DNA of 64,000 nucleotides from Paramecium tetraurelia (lineage: Eukaryota), in assembly GCA_000165425.1 (NCBI GenBank), contig CT868002.1, positions 1 through 64,000 on the forward strand. The letters run 5' to 3'. Under the pieces are notes generated by a model that saw only the letters and a list, made by a program, of their open reading frames with translations, searched no databases and was not told where the DNA came from. Numbering within the stretch: the first letter of the stretch is position 1; the number at the start of each line of letters is the position of its first letter. This document shows, piece after piece, positions 1 to 12,676 of this stretch. A program made the position numbers and the translations under genes.

Positions 1-50
1 CCAAACCCAAACCCAAACCCAACCCCAAACCCAACCCCAAACCCAAACCC
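1..50. repeat. Macronuclear telomere, mixed AAACCC/AACCCC (G3T3/G4T2) hexamers
   Basis: Eight complete hexamers from position 3 (6 x AAACCC, 2 x AACCCC) at the very start of the contig. Mixed G4T2/G3T3 repeats are typical of the Paramecium aurelia complex. Confidence 0.97.
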
Positions 51-363
51 AAAAAAATCTAAATTAATTATTATTCTTAACGATATCTAATTTTAGAGTA
101 AATAATGGATTGGCTATATATATGAGGTTATTGGTGCATCTTATAGTTTTTCTATATATTTATGGTTTTATGTTTTGGGAATGTATATTCTATGTGATAC
201 ATATCGAATTATTAGAGTAACCTAACCTTCTTATTAAGTGGTGATCAACCCAAACAAAATCAAACATATTTCGAATCAATCCAAAACTAAGCTCAGTATT
301 TAATAAAGGCAATAAAGTTAATTTTACTTAAGCAGATGATTTAATAGATTAAGAGAAACAATA

Positions 364-1015
364 ATGATGATGGAGTATTATGGAGAAGCTATTATTTATT
401 ATAATAAGGCGATACATTTATATAGAGTAATGCATCCACTTACTATTATAAAGGTATTTAATAAAAATTATACAAAAGGAAATGCTCCAAGCCCAGCGAT
501 ATTATTTTGAACACTAGCAAAAGTATAATATTTTGAAAACGCAGTTGCAAATTATAACAAAGCTTTAAAATTCTGAAAATGATGCCATCTATTTAAATAA
601 AGGTATTCATTATATCTCAGAGCAGGATACGCGCTAACGTAATTGAAACATTTTGATTAAGCCATTGAATGTTATGATTGGAAATAAAAATGAATTTTCA
701 TAATGATGAGGCATATTACAATATAGGTAAACCTTATGTATAATATCATAATAAAATATTAGGAACTGTTTATGATAGTGGAAGATGATTTAATATATAT
801 TAAATTGAACGTTATCTAGAAGCTGTAGAGTCTTATAAAAGAGTGATTAATATAAAATCTAATAATCATCACTATTATTTTAGTAATGATTACGAGTTTC
901 AACATTAAATTTAGGATTAACATTACATAATCTTAAAGAATATTATTAAGCTATACAATCTTATCACACTATTCTTCGAATTTCAATAAATGATGAAATA
1001 TTAACAAAAAAAAGT
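364..1015 (+). pseudogene. Decayed tetratricopeptide-repeat (TPR) gene
   Basis: Fragments EYYGEAIIYYNKAI, FENAVANYNKALK, GYALTQLKHFDQAIECYD, RYLEAVESYKRVINIK and GLTLHNLKEYYQAIQSY. They are separated by intron-like GT..AG spacers, but frameshifts and TGA stops interrupt the frame. Confidence 0.65.
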
Positions 1016-1217
1016 AATTTTTCATAAAATTTCATATTTTATTATCTTGAGATGTAATTAAGAAATTTGTATTGAATTTAGATTAAATTCATAGAGCCTA
1101 AGATTTCAAGAATAAGGATCCATTTTGGATATATGAAAATCATACATTTAAAATTATATGAATTCAATAATTTACATTTCTTTTTGATAAACTGCTAATT
1201 TAATTTAAATTAATAAC

Positions 1218-1367
1218 NNNNNNNNNNNNNNNNNNNNNNNNNNNNNNNNNNNNNNNNNNNNNNNNNNNNNNNNNNNNNNNNNNNNNNNNNNNNNNNNNNN
1301 NNNNNNNNNNNNNNNNNNNNNNNNNNNNNNNNNNNNNNNNNNNNNNNNNNNNNNNNNNNNNNNNNNN
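1218..1367. other. Assembly gap (N run, ~150 nt)
   Basis: Run of n characters. Confidence 0.99.
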
Positions 1368-1925
1368 TAAGTACAGCTAATTTCTTGGTTTCCCTAATAT
1401 TGCATATTCTAGTATAAATCAAAATAGGTGATAGTTACAAATGGGCAGATTTTAGAACTCTATTAAGAAAGCTAATCATAATAGGCACCCAATTAGACAC
1501 ATCCTATTTAAAAAATTTAATGAAATTATCTAAAATTTACATCACCTTCTCAATTTTTATAAATATGAGTTAGATCATCCATTATCTCCTCTATTATCCT
1601 ATCATATATATTGAGTTACAACCAATTTCATTACGTTATTTCTATTCTTTATTATGAATCTAAATGTTGATATCATATCAAAATTATATTATCTATTCGA
1701 ATCTAAATCATACAGAGATACTGAATTAGAACAACTTCTTCTTCTATATTTAAATCATCCCTAAATGATGGAGAATTTGCCACTTTTGAAGCAAGAGAAT
1801 AAAGAATTTATTTTAGGTCTGTTGAACTAAATCTTTTAATTGTAGTCATAATAAATCCTTTGAACTTCTCTTTCTTAGCATAAGTACTGACTTGGTTTGT
1901 AATTAGTTGATGATTGGTAATTCAA
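1368..1925 (-). pseudogene. Possible degraded ORF running into the gap
   Basis: Two coding-looking open stretches in code 6 (NHQLITNQVSTYAKKEKFKG... and ...QDVSNWVPIMISFLNRVLKS...) broken by TGA/frameshift; no recognisable family. Confidence 0.25.
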
Positions 1926-2460
1926 ATAAAATATAAATATTATTTAAGAATCAATTATTGTATATAATTATAATCTTGATGTTCAATTGAATAATTAAAA
2001 TTCATTTATAAATATTTAAATTAAATATATGATAATATTTGTAATGAAATATAATAATTTTTTAAAAAAAAAGGATCTTCTCTTATATAATTCAATCAAC
2101 AATTTAGCATAATTTTATAATAGTTGAATAAAATATTTGGAAGAACAAAATGATTAATGTTTTAACAAAAAGTAGTTTTCGCTTAAAACGGATTTATTTA
2201 ATATAATAATCCAATCTTCAAATAGATCTATTTTTCACTTACTTTACTTGTATTTATTCAAACTTCATCATTTGTTACAGTATTATATTGTCAAAAACGA
2301 TTTAATTGGTATATATAGAGCTGTTCGAGTTAAGCGATATTTAAATTAATGCAGAATTTTTCAAAACTAGAAAAATAAAAACTCTAAAACATAAAAAATT
2401 TAATAATTCTTAGGTTTTAAAAATCATGATAAATTAAGAAATTCTTTATATTTTGTTGAT

Positions 2461-3739
2461 TCAAAAAAATATTAATTCAAAAACCTCACATTCCTGAATT
2501 TTAGGCTGATCTTAACCAAACAAATGATTGCTTTTGACATTTTTATATTATTCCCATTAATAGGAAAATCCTAAATTAGAGTAGCCAGTTTAAAAATCAG
2601 AATTGATTGATATATCATGGCCTCCTCCAAAAGCAATTGGATAACCTGAACTGAAACAGATGGCAAGTGATTTACTCTCTTATTTCAAAGAATAAATTTA
2701 ATCATGCGTTTATGAGAAAATTAAGGAAGAGCATGAATCATCTTGAATATATTGATAGTTAGCAACTTACTTAATCCATTTCAAAGGAGTATAAGCTCCA
2801 AATATATACTGACTGCTAGATTTAAAAACCAACAACAAATTGCTTTTACCATTTACTTTTGTCAAAAAAATTTATCCGTTTAAACCATCTTTAGTTCCTT
2901 AATAAATCATTTGTGCTTATGATATTTTTTTCCCTGTTTTACTCTATATAATATCTTAAATTTTCTATGAAAATTATTCTGTCAGTAAGGAGCAACATAT
3001 TGTTTTCAACAATTTTGGATCTACCCATTTATTAAAGCTAAAATGCTTTTCAGAAATTTATCTATATAATTCACCAAATCTTCGAAATTCTGGATACTTC
3101 TCTTCTTTCAAATCCTTAACTTGATTTTGCTTCTAATCTAAAACATCATAAAGTTTTTCATTTAAATAAGCGCTATTATTTAACATTAAATCCTTAATAT
3201 ATTGATGCAAGGTTTATTCGCTCTTTTCAATTGCTTAAGGATTTATAGTATCACCTAATTAGCTCAAACTACTTATTATTTCCTTTAATTGATCAAGTTT
3301 AACGATCTTGGTAATATTTACTAATTACTTAATTTAAATCACTTCTTATTTTTTATTTCAAATCTTCCCTTGCCTAAACAACTATTTTAAGTTATTAAAA
3401 CAATTTTGTTAAGACTGTATGCATTTCTTGGATCTTTAATTCAATCTCCTTAAGCTCTTTAATTAAAGTAACTTCATCCTATTGACTGAATTCATTAAAA
3501 TAATTCAATAACTATTGGTCAATGTCCAATTTAGTAATTAGATACTCAGGGTATTTTAATGCCTTAATTTAATTCAATTATACTTTATTGATATGAATTA
3601 ATTTCTAAAATTTTTCTAAATTTGATTGTTCTTACAAAGAGAGTAGACAGATATCACAAAAATATTAAGTTGCTTCTTTTTAAGGTAGAAAAAATAGTAA
3701 ATATTATCCTTCATGTTTGAAACAAGGTACTTAAAGCAT
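2461..3739 (-). CDS. TLDc-domain protein with N-terminal C-x2-H..C-x2-C (B-box-like) motif and coiled coil
   Basis: Starts MLQVPCFKHEGQ...FCDIC. C-terminal IYQGTKDGLNG...GKSNLLLVFKS...YIFGAYTP..W...IAFGGGHDISI...ECEVFEL matches the TLDc consensus. Confidence 0.85.
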
Positions 3740-3886
3740 TTTTATTAAATATTTTTATTAATAGAAAACAAATTTACTAACTATTTCATATAAAAGTGAT
3801 ACTAATAATTAAATATCTAAATAAATATAATAAAAAGGAGGATTAGACTTTATTATTATTGCAATTTCTTAAAAATCATTAAATAC

Positions 3887-4952
3887 ATGCATAATAATGT
3901 ACTCTCAATAATTGATATATTTGTAAATTATTTTTATAGATCTTGTTAACAGATGTTATTCATTAATAACAATTGGTAGTGTTTTATGATCTCTTCTTCT
4001 ATGTAATTAACTTAAAGACTAACAAAATAATTTAGAAATTTAATAAAGTAAATTAATAATAATATATATTTTATGTTAATAGATTTATAGTAAACTCTCA
4101 GGTTATAATTCTATTAGAAAAGATATCAAGTGCCATAATCGAACTTCAATGTATTATTTAATTATTGAAATGAATTTTAAGTTTAAACTGATACTTGTCT
4201 TTATTTCAATGATATTTCTTGTAATCGCAATAGCTGTTTTTCCAAGGGATACGTTATCTATTCATTAAAAAGTCATAATAATTACATTGTGTTTAATATT
4301 TGGAGGGTTTGTTTTGTTTTACTTATACCATAAGGAATCTTTAGAAATCTAAAAAAAATCGAAAATCTTATTAATAGGCCCAGCTGGTGTTGGGAAAACA
4401 TAAACATATAATTATTTAAAATGCAAAACTATTATGAACTTTAATAGATTTTAATTAGGAGAAATAGGAAATATATGCTTAGTTGACACACCAACTATGG
4501 ATTTAGATTGTGGTATAGATGAAAGAGAAGATGCCATATCATAATTTTAACAATTCTTTGTAAATTTTAAGACTTCAATAAGCGCTATTATGATAGTTGT
4601 TAACTTTGAAAGAACTGACTTAATGAAACAAAAATTAATAAGAACCTTAAAATATTTGAAAAAATTTTAAGATATGATATATATATTAATAACTGATTTT
4701 CACTTAAGTGAAAATCATGATGGCGATAAGTCATAATTAGAGTAATCCCTTAAATTTTTAAATTTGAAAGGGATTATCTTTTTAAATAAAGAAGAAAATG
4801 AAAAATGGATGATAGAGGAATTAAATGCAATTGAACAAAAATCCTCTCATTAAGTATTTGATATAAATGACACAATCTTTGCTATCATTGATGACAAAAT
4901 GAATGCTTCATTAATGGATTAAATTAATTTAAAATTTTCATCTTTAAAGTGA
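3887..4952 (+). CDS. Two-TM-helix protein with C-terminal P-loop GTPase (AIG1/TRAFAC-like, divergent)
   Basis: Two hydrophobic segments, then KILLIGPAGVGKT (G1), CLVDTPT (G3-like), VVNFERTD and LITDFH (G4-like). Start uncertain; short introns at the 5' end. Confidence 0.7.
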
Positions 4953-5508
4953 TATCAAATAAATTTTCGATAGCTCTGCATGAATATTTAATGAATAAAA
5001 AAAGATATGATACTAATTGCTTAAAAGAGTTTCTTAGTTAAAATGTTAAACTTTGAAAAAATCTTTAATTTTTAGTATCTTTATTCATATTTCATATTTA
5101 AGTGGATAGAAATTATTATTATAATATTTTTTTTATTAAAACAATTAACGTTATAGTTAATCTAATTGTGATTGTCTTCTCTGATTAAATTAGTATAAAA
5201 TCTTACAACTTAAATATTGTAATATCTCTTAACTTTAAAAACAGCAACAATAATTAATTAATAAACTTAAAAAAGGATTGGAAGATAATTTTTTTATTAC
5301 TTATATTAATTCTAATTACAAAATATTAAGTTACGAAAAAGTGATTATTTGATATTTTGAAAATATTATTTGTCTTTAAATATAAGAATTATGATTGTTT
5401 TAATCTTTTGCATGATAAAATCTTCCTATTGAGCTTACTAGTATATTTTGTATGCTTTATAATCATATCATGTTATGATATTTAATTAATTGTTTTTAAT
5501 AAATAGCA

Positions 5509-7657
5509 ATGTAATTAGCTATCCTAGCCTTATGTATCATTGAAATAACTACTTACGATTATTGGGGTAACGCATATACAGCTTTTGATTCTACTGATAT
5601 AGCAGATAATGATGGTTTTATATTAAAATATATTTAGGCTGGTTGATGCATGGAAATAATGGAAATGTATTTAATAGTACGTGCGGCACAAAGTCATTGT
5701 TTGGAGGTTTTAATATATTAGGAGCTGGGGCAAGTGTTTCAAAAATAATTTCTCTGCCAGCACATTTTAAAGTAAGAGTTTCTTTAGAATTTTGGAAGTA
5801 TTTATGATAATAATAAAAAAGGATAGATAGTTGGGATGAAGAAATATTATACATTATTTTAGATAATAATGTAACAACTGATCATTGGTATTGGAGTACC
5901 GGAGATATGATATGCGGGAATGTACCTTATTGGAGCGAATGGAAAGAAGTTCAGAAAAATTTTTCAATAGAATTCAAGCACAATTAACCAACACTTGCTG
6001 TAATAATCACAACTACTTTAGATGAAGTTCCATTGACAGTATTTATTTAATATTATAAGGAATCCTGGGGATTTAGAAATTTTAAAGTGGATGTATTGTA
6101 TTGCGCACCAGGGTGTATAATTTGTAATGAAGATGGGCCTGATCAATGTTGGTATTATGCATAAATTGAAAAAAATTGGTTTGGAACAGAAGATTTTAAT
6201 ACTGATGGCTGGACCCTTAATACTTATAACTCCCCTACATACAGTACTTGCGTCAACATAAATGTAATTGGAGGAATTGGTTAATTTACATAAGCTACGG
6301 AGTTATAAAAGTAGTATACTTCTTTGGATCCTCATTTTAAACTTATGTTGCAAGTTCAGGTATGGAAATTTGATGTTTGGACTGCTAATTCGTTTACAAT
6401 AGAAATTGATGGTTAAAATGCTGCAACAGCAATATTTAATAAAGATGAGGTTACTCAATTATGTGGTAATAGTGGTGGAGGAGAACGTTTGTTAAATATT
6501 GAGATTATATAGACTCACACAGCTGATAGCATGTTAATTAAAATGAAATCTGACCTTTCGTCAACGGCAGGATCTTGGGGATTACGAGCATTTAGTTTAC
6601 TTTTAGGTAAATGTTATGAAAAATGCCTTACTTGTTCAGGGCCAAATTACGATAACTGCTAAAGTTGCAAAACTGGATATTTTTTACTTGATTCTCAATG
6701 TGATGATGGTATACTTTCAATTATACACTAGTTAAATGGATCTTAGGCTTATAACAATATTTTCTACCTTAAGATTTTTAAATATAAACTGGATGGACCA
6801 TATCAAATGTTTATTATAATCGAAATCCATTTTAATTATGTAATGGTTAGAATTTAGTAGGAGGAACGTAATTATTAGCTAAAGATGCTTCAATAACCTT
6901 AAGTTTTGAACTTCCACGTCACACAAAAATAAGAATTAAGTTATAACTTTGGAAATTTGACTCTTGGGATAATGAATGGTTTAGAGTATTTGCAGATGGA
7001 ACTTAAGTTTATTAGTTGTAAATTGGGTTGAATGGAGCTCTAATCCTTTGTGGAACATATAGTACAAGCTCCTATGTAAAGAATTTAGATTTTAACTTCC
7101 TACATAATTAACAGTCTATCATATTAATGATGACATCTACACTAGATGAACCAGCTGATAATGAAGCTTGGGGAATAAGAAATTTTTAATTATTTTATGG
7201 AGTCCCAAAGGATTGTAGCAACTCTGTCGTTGATTCCGTTACATTACCTTCATTCATAGGAACTAAATGTTTCTAGACAATATATTATTCAACAGATCAC
7301 ACTTTGTAAAATAAAATAGAAATAACCGAGCTTGGACTCTCTCTTTAGTCTATCTTTGATCAAAATTTATCTGTTGATTCTGCAATAAAGTAATTGACAA
7401 TTTTAATCGAATGGAACTGTTTCTCAAGTGATCAAACATTTTCCATTTCTATTCTATAAAGCAGTTTTCCAGATTACAAAAAAGCAACAGTATATTGTAA
7501 ATAAAAACGCTCTAATTTATTAAAGTCTACTGTGATTTTATAAAGGACAATAATATAAACATCAACAATCAGATTAGTTGCGACTTCAACAAAATTGTAA
7601 ATATAGCAAACAGTTGATGGGCAAACAACAACATAATATGAAATGATAATTAATTGA
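5509..7657 (+). CDS. Secreted protein with three copies of a PH..K.DSWD..ESWG.R domain separated by furin-like Cys-rich segments
   Basis: Signal peptide MQLAILALCIIE. Repeats FWKIDSWDEE/ESWGFRNF, VWKFDVWT/GSWGLRAF and LWKFDSWDNE/EAWGIRNF, with CxxxCxxC linkers and several tiny introns. Confidence 0.8.
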
Positions 7658-7833
7658 TTAAATAGCTATGTAAATAAAATCTAAATTAAAAGATACCTCT
7701 AATCTAAATAATATCTTACTTTGTATAAATTATTTTTTACACAAAATTATTGATTTCTATTTTTTCAATCTTCAATTACATAAAACTTAAATATTATGAA
7801 AAAACTTCAATTTAAATAAGGTATGAATGATAA

Positions 7834-8998
7834 TCAATCATTATATTTTCTCACTTCAATTTCTTTAGTCTTATAATTCCAAGTTACCAAATAATCTCCA
7901 TTATGACTAATTGTACCGAAAATACCATATGTACTAAACTCAATCGTAAATTTTCCTAATAGCTTACCATCATTATCCAATCTCATTAGATTCACAAATG
8001 TATAGTATTTATTTACTAATAATGACTTTTCCATTATAAATTTTTATGGGAATAATATACTTCCATCATAATTTCCCTTATATTGTCATCTCATTTTTTT
8101 TCTCATACTATTTCTTTGAATTATTAATCTCGTATATTTGAGTGATTTCCTTATTATCGGGTTGAAATGCAAAAAGTTTATCACTCAGAAAACACAATCG
8201 ATTTCCCTACAAACTAGTCCAAATCTTCTTAATTACTATCCATTTGTTATCTTAACTTTATAATTCCATTACTAGAATGAATTAATCAATTCCGCATGAT
8301 ATTAATCTATTTTGATTTTAGTTGAAACTTAATTAAAATACACTACCAGTATGCTCTGATATTGTTTACCAACATTCCCATTGATTCTATTTTACCCAGA
8401 ATTTAATAGTTTTATCCCAACTGCAAGAAACAATAAGATCATCGTTGTTATTTCTTATTACACAATTAATTTATCCTGAGTGTCCAATTATTCTCTAAGA
8501 AATATTCCAGATCTATTCTTTAACATGCTACCATATAATTATTTGTTTGTCATCACTACCAGATATAATGTCGTTTGAAGTATTCATGAAACTTAATGTT
8601 GTTACATTATCAGTGTGACCTTCAAGAACTTAAATTTCCTTAAGATTTCCTTAATTAAATTGATAAATTTTAATCCTATTGTTACATCCAACAATCATAA
8701 ATGTCATATCTTCATTAATCTCAATAGCATAACAATTTTCCTCCTACCTTTTTGAGAATTTAGGTTCTAGAATGTAAGAAAATGGTTTCTTATCCTAATT
8801 AATCCTAGTTCCTTAAGTTTTGATTTACTTTGATTATTATTAAAGAATTTAATAATTTGGAATATTTTTAGTCTAAAATTTTTCTTCCTAACATATCTAA
8901 CATTAAACTTGATTTTAGAGCTAAGATTAACGTGACCCCAAGTTATATCCCTCTCTTTTGTGTTTATTACATAAAGTTTGATCTTTAAAATTATTCAT
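7834..8998 (-). CDS. WD40-repeat protein with N-terminal C-x2-H..C-x2-C motif
   Basis: LEGHTDNVTTLSF..IISGSDDKQIIIW and IGHSGQINCV..IVSCSWDKTIKFW; N-terminus MNNFKDQTLCNKH...CQIC. Confidence 0.85.
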
Positions 8999-10166
8999 TA
9001 TTATTAAATTTATTAGAATTGAAACTAAATCATTATGATTAATAAAATATCTGATATATTCTGATCTAAGAAATTTCTGATAAATTAGATGCAAATAATA
9101 TTTTTTCAATCAACTATTATGAAAGTAGTAATTTTATGAATTGCATAAATAATTACTTAGATATCAGATGAAAATGAAATTAAGTCTATCGCAAGTAACT
9201 AATACCTTTTATGAATGAATTGAATATATATATTCTAAATTAAATTGTAACAAACATAAAGAAAAATTATAACATCATTTAATCATCATAAATTTTTGAG
9301 AATACTTTTGCTATGTGGTTGATTAATGAAAATTTTAATTTCAGATTTTACTACTTATGTTGAAATTCAGTGCGTTTATTTATCAAGATGAATACGCATA
9401 TTTAAAAAGATAAAATGAAAAGTCAAATTCAATCAATTTTCAATCCAAAATTTCCTTAACTTTATTATAAACTGTAAATGAGTGTAATATATATGAATCA
9501 TAGTAATTACAGTTACTTTTTAGTCATTTTTTCATAGAATAAAATATGAATTTAAATATGATACCAATTAGGATATGTTATGGACAAATTAGATATTTCT
9601 AATTGTAAATCAATACTTTTATCGCTAAAATTTCTGATAAATTTCCAAATTAATACTAAACTAAAGTTTATTAGTTTCCAATATTTAAAATACTTTCTTT
9701 ACGTAGTTAAATTAATTAGTCTTATTGATTCCGTTTTATGAAGAAAGAGATTTAATTTTTGTAATTCTAATACTATATCTACTAGAAATAATAGAACTGT
9801 TAGGTTATTGATTCTTTGAAGATGGTTATTAAAATTATTGTTCTTCTAAAGTGTAGTTATTTTTTTAATAATACTTAAGTCCTTAGGTAATTTAATCAGT
9901 ATTTTGATGTGGCTTATTGAGTGATATTGATTAGATTTATAGATTGAATTTTCAGCATAAATTATCTAAACTAAACCTAAAAAAATTAAAAATAGTTAGA
10001 TCTTATTCTAAAGTAATCTATAAACGTTAACAAGATGCAACAATAATTAACAGCTACATTAACTTAGGGTTTACGCAATAAGCAAGATGATGCTAAAATC
10101 ATAAATAATGAAAGAATCTAATTTATGAACTAATTGGAAAAGATGATGTATTATTATTAAAATTTT

Positions 10167-11021
10167 ATGTAAATTCTCACTAAATACAAGGTGGCATTGA
10201 TTTAAAATGCAGTGTTTGAAACTAAGTAAAAAATTCTTGAGGGAGTGGCTGCATCAATTCGTGATTGTGTATAGAAAGAGTGCAAAGTGATATTCTTAGG
10301 AGAGTTTTTTAATACTATTTTTGAGACCAATCAATTAAAGAAAAATGCAGAAGACTTTTCAGATAAAAATAATAGAGAAACATATGAGCTCATGAAGTAG
10401 TTATCAGAAGAATTTTAAATCATGATAATTGGTGGATTGCCAGAAGTGGCAGATGGCAAATTATTTAATGCTGCTTTGGCATTTAATGATGGGAAACTCG
10501 TTGGTTAATATAGAAAATGTCATTTATTTGATGTGGATATTCCAGGAGGGATTACTCATTTTGAATCCAATACTTTTGGATCAGGTAATGATTATTGTAT
10601 TTTTGATTCATAATATGGAAGATACGGTCTTGGTATTTGTTATGATATCAGGTTTCCAATATATTCTTAAGTGATGAGAGATCAAGGATGTCAAGTGTTG
10701 TCATTCCCATCAGCATTTAATTAGACTACAGGGCCATTGCATTGGGAATTATTGAATAGATCCAGGGCTTTGGATAATCAGGTTTATGTTGCAAGTGCTT
10801 AAGCAGCAAGGTATTATTCTGATGATCCTGACTACTATCAGACATGGGGTCATTCCATAATCACAGATCCTATGGGGAGAGTGCTAGCGACATGTGAATC
10901 AGATCCTGCAGTGTTAATTCAGGAAATAAACCTATCCCTTGTAGATCAGGTTAGAAAAAATATCCCAACGTCGGTTCAAAAAAGAACAGATTTATATTAA
11001 GTATCCAAAGGAATAAAATGA
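10167..11021 (+). CDS. NIT2: Nitrilase-family omega-amidase (Nit2-like)
   Basis: Intronless, 284 aa. Catalytic triad motifs LGEFF (Glu), YRKCHLFDVDIPG (Lys) and GICYDIRFP (Cys); also TTGPLHWELLNRSRALDNQVYV and WGHS..TDPMG. Confidence 0.93.
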
Positions 11022-11039
11022 ATCTACATAATATAAATA

Positions 11040-11315
11040 TCAATATTCATATTTTAGCAGTTATTCTGTTTTTTGTCTTCGCTCCATGATCATGTTGTTG
11101 ATCTTTGCCATATTCTTTTATATATCATCTTCTTGTTAGAGTTTGATGAATTAACTTGACGTTATCGATTATTGTGATTTATCTGACATCGTGGATGAAG
11201 TTTGGCTATTTATTGGGCTGATACTTCTTTAAGGTAACAATTTATTTATTCTATTCTTAATTTCACATAATTGTTGTCTCATTTCTTAGCAAAACTGAGC
11301 ATTTTCGGATTACAT
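11040..11315 (-). CDS. Small hypothetical protein (91 aa)
   Basis: Clean ATG-to-TGA frame in code 6 (MQSENAQFCQEMRQQLCEIK...) that fills the spacer between neighbours. Confidence 0.6.
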
Positions 11316-11352
11316 CTATACGTTAATAATTAATGATTATTTAAATAACTTA

Positions 11353-12114
11353 ATGTAAAATAAAGAACTCAGTTTTGAAGATTCCTTGAGGCAATCGTAA
11401 TTGCCATAATAATAAAAATAAAGTAAAAAGAAAACTAGCAAGCAGGATAAATAAGACAAACAAGTCAAATTCACAGGTATATGACAGACTCTATCATTTA
11501 TAGATGAGGAAATAAAAATTATAGAAATGCTAACTCCATAAGTCAAACAATAATAATAAGCTATTAAAATAGCCAATGGGAAATTGGACTTCCTTTTTGA
11601 TGGCTCCAGAGATGTTAACTTAGTCAAACCATATCATGAGGATGGAGATGAAAATATGTATTCAAAGGAGAATGTTACAAAGAGAAGAAAACTTAAAAGC
11701 GATCCTGAAGTAGTGTAAAGTATCGAAGCCTTTATGGCACATTACTAATTCGATATTAATAACAAATTAATCAAGGAAAATTATTTAAAAACTCATATAA
11801 GATTGGCATATTTATTAAGAAAGGACATAGAAGAAGATAGGGAGGAGATTAAATTTTTGTTGCTTGAGGATTGGTATTTGTTATTATAATGAAGGGAGCA
11901 TGATTCTAAAGGAAATGGTTTTATGACAAGAGCTGAGTTATATGATTCTTTATTTGAATTAGTGGATACATGGACTCCAGATGCTGAGAAATCTGAGTAT
12001 ATTGGGTTTTTTGAGTTGTTGGAATAGAAATATAAAAGACAACAAGACGAAAGTAATTTTACTATTTATATATTAGAATTTGAATAGTTGTACTATGAAA
12101 TAATGGAAAGTTGA
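11353..12114 (+). CDS. EF-hand-like protein
   Basis: EDW/EHDSKGNGFMTRAELYDSLFELVDTWT contains an EF-hand-like loop; two tiny introns. Confidence 0.65.
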
Positions 12115-12119
12115 ATATT

Positions 12120-12662
12120 TCAATTTTATAATTATCCTTCTTCATGGATATCAAAATATTCTTATTTTTATTAATTTGATGTAGTCTTAAAGTCATCGAG
12201 TTGCATTAGTTTAGACAGTTTTTGTTGAGGACTATTGCTTGCTTAGAAAATAGACTGCAAACTGGTTGTAGGCAATGGAATTTATTCGTCTTATGTCTTC
12301 ATTTCTGGGATGTGTTTTTCTAATCTACCCTTAATTCTGTTAGCCTGTTTTGGTTGTTGAGGGGATGGCGCATTTGTGTTGCTATTTTTATTGGCCTATT
12401 CAATTCTTTTTAGACATTATTCAATGAAATCTTCCGATTTTAGAGAAGCATTCCTTGAGATCTTGTTTGGACTCTGATTTGAATCCTAATAAGTGGAATG
12501 CAAAATAATAGTCGACTTGCTCTATCTCATCTACCCGATAGGTTTTTTTAATGACTACAAAGCCTATTAGGCTAGTTAGATTTCTGTGAATAGCTATCTA
12601 ATCTATGAAGATTATTGCGAAAACTTGTCTTGGAGATATTGTAGATCAGATAAAACTTGCAT
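12120..12662 (-). CDS. Hypothetical protein (180 aa)
   Basis: Uninterrupted code-6 frame MQVLSDLQYLQDKFSQQ... to TGA. Confidence 0.65.
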
Positions 12663-12676
12663 TAAATATTTTTTTA

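Noticed and set aside
1..50. CRISPR or simple satellite
   Set aside because: Terminal hexamers match the ciliate telomere; there are no spacers.
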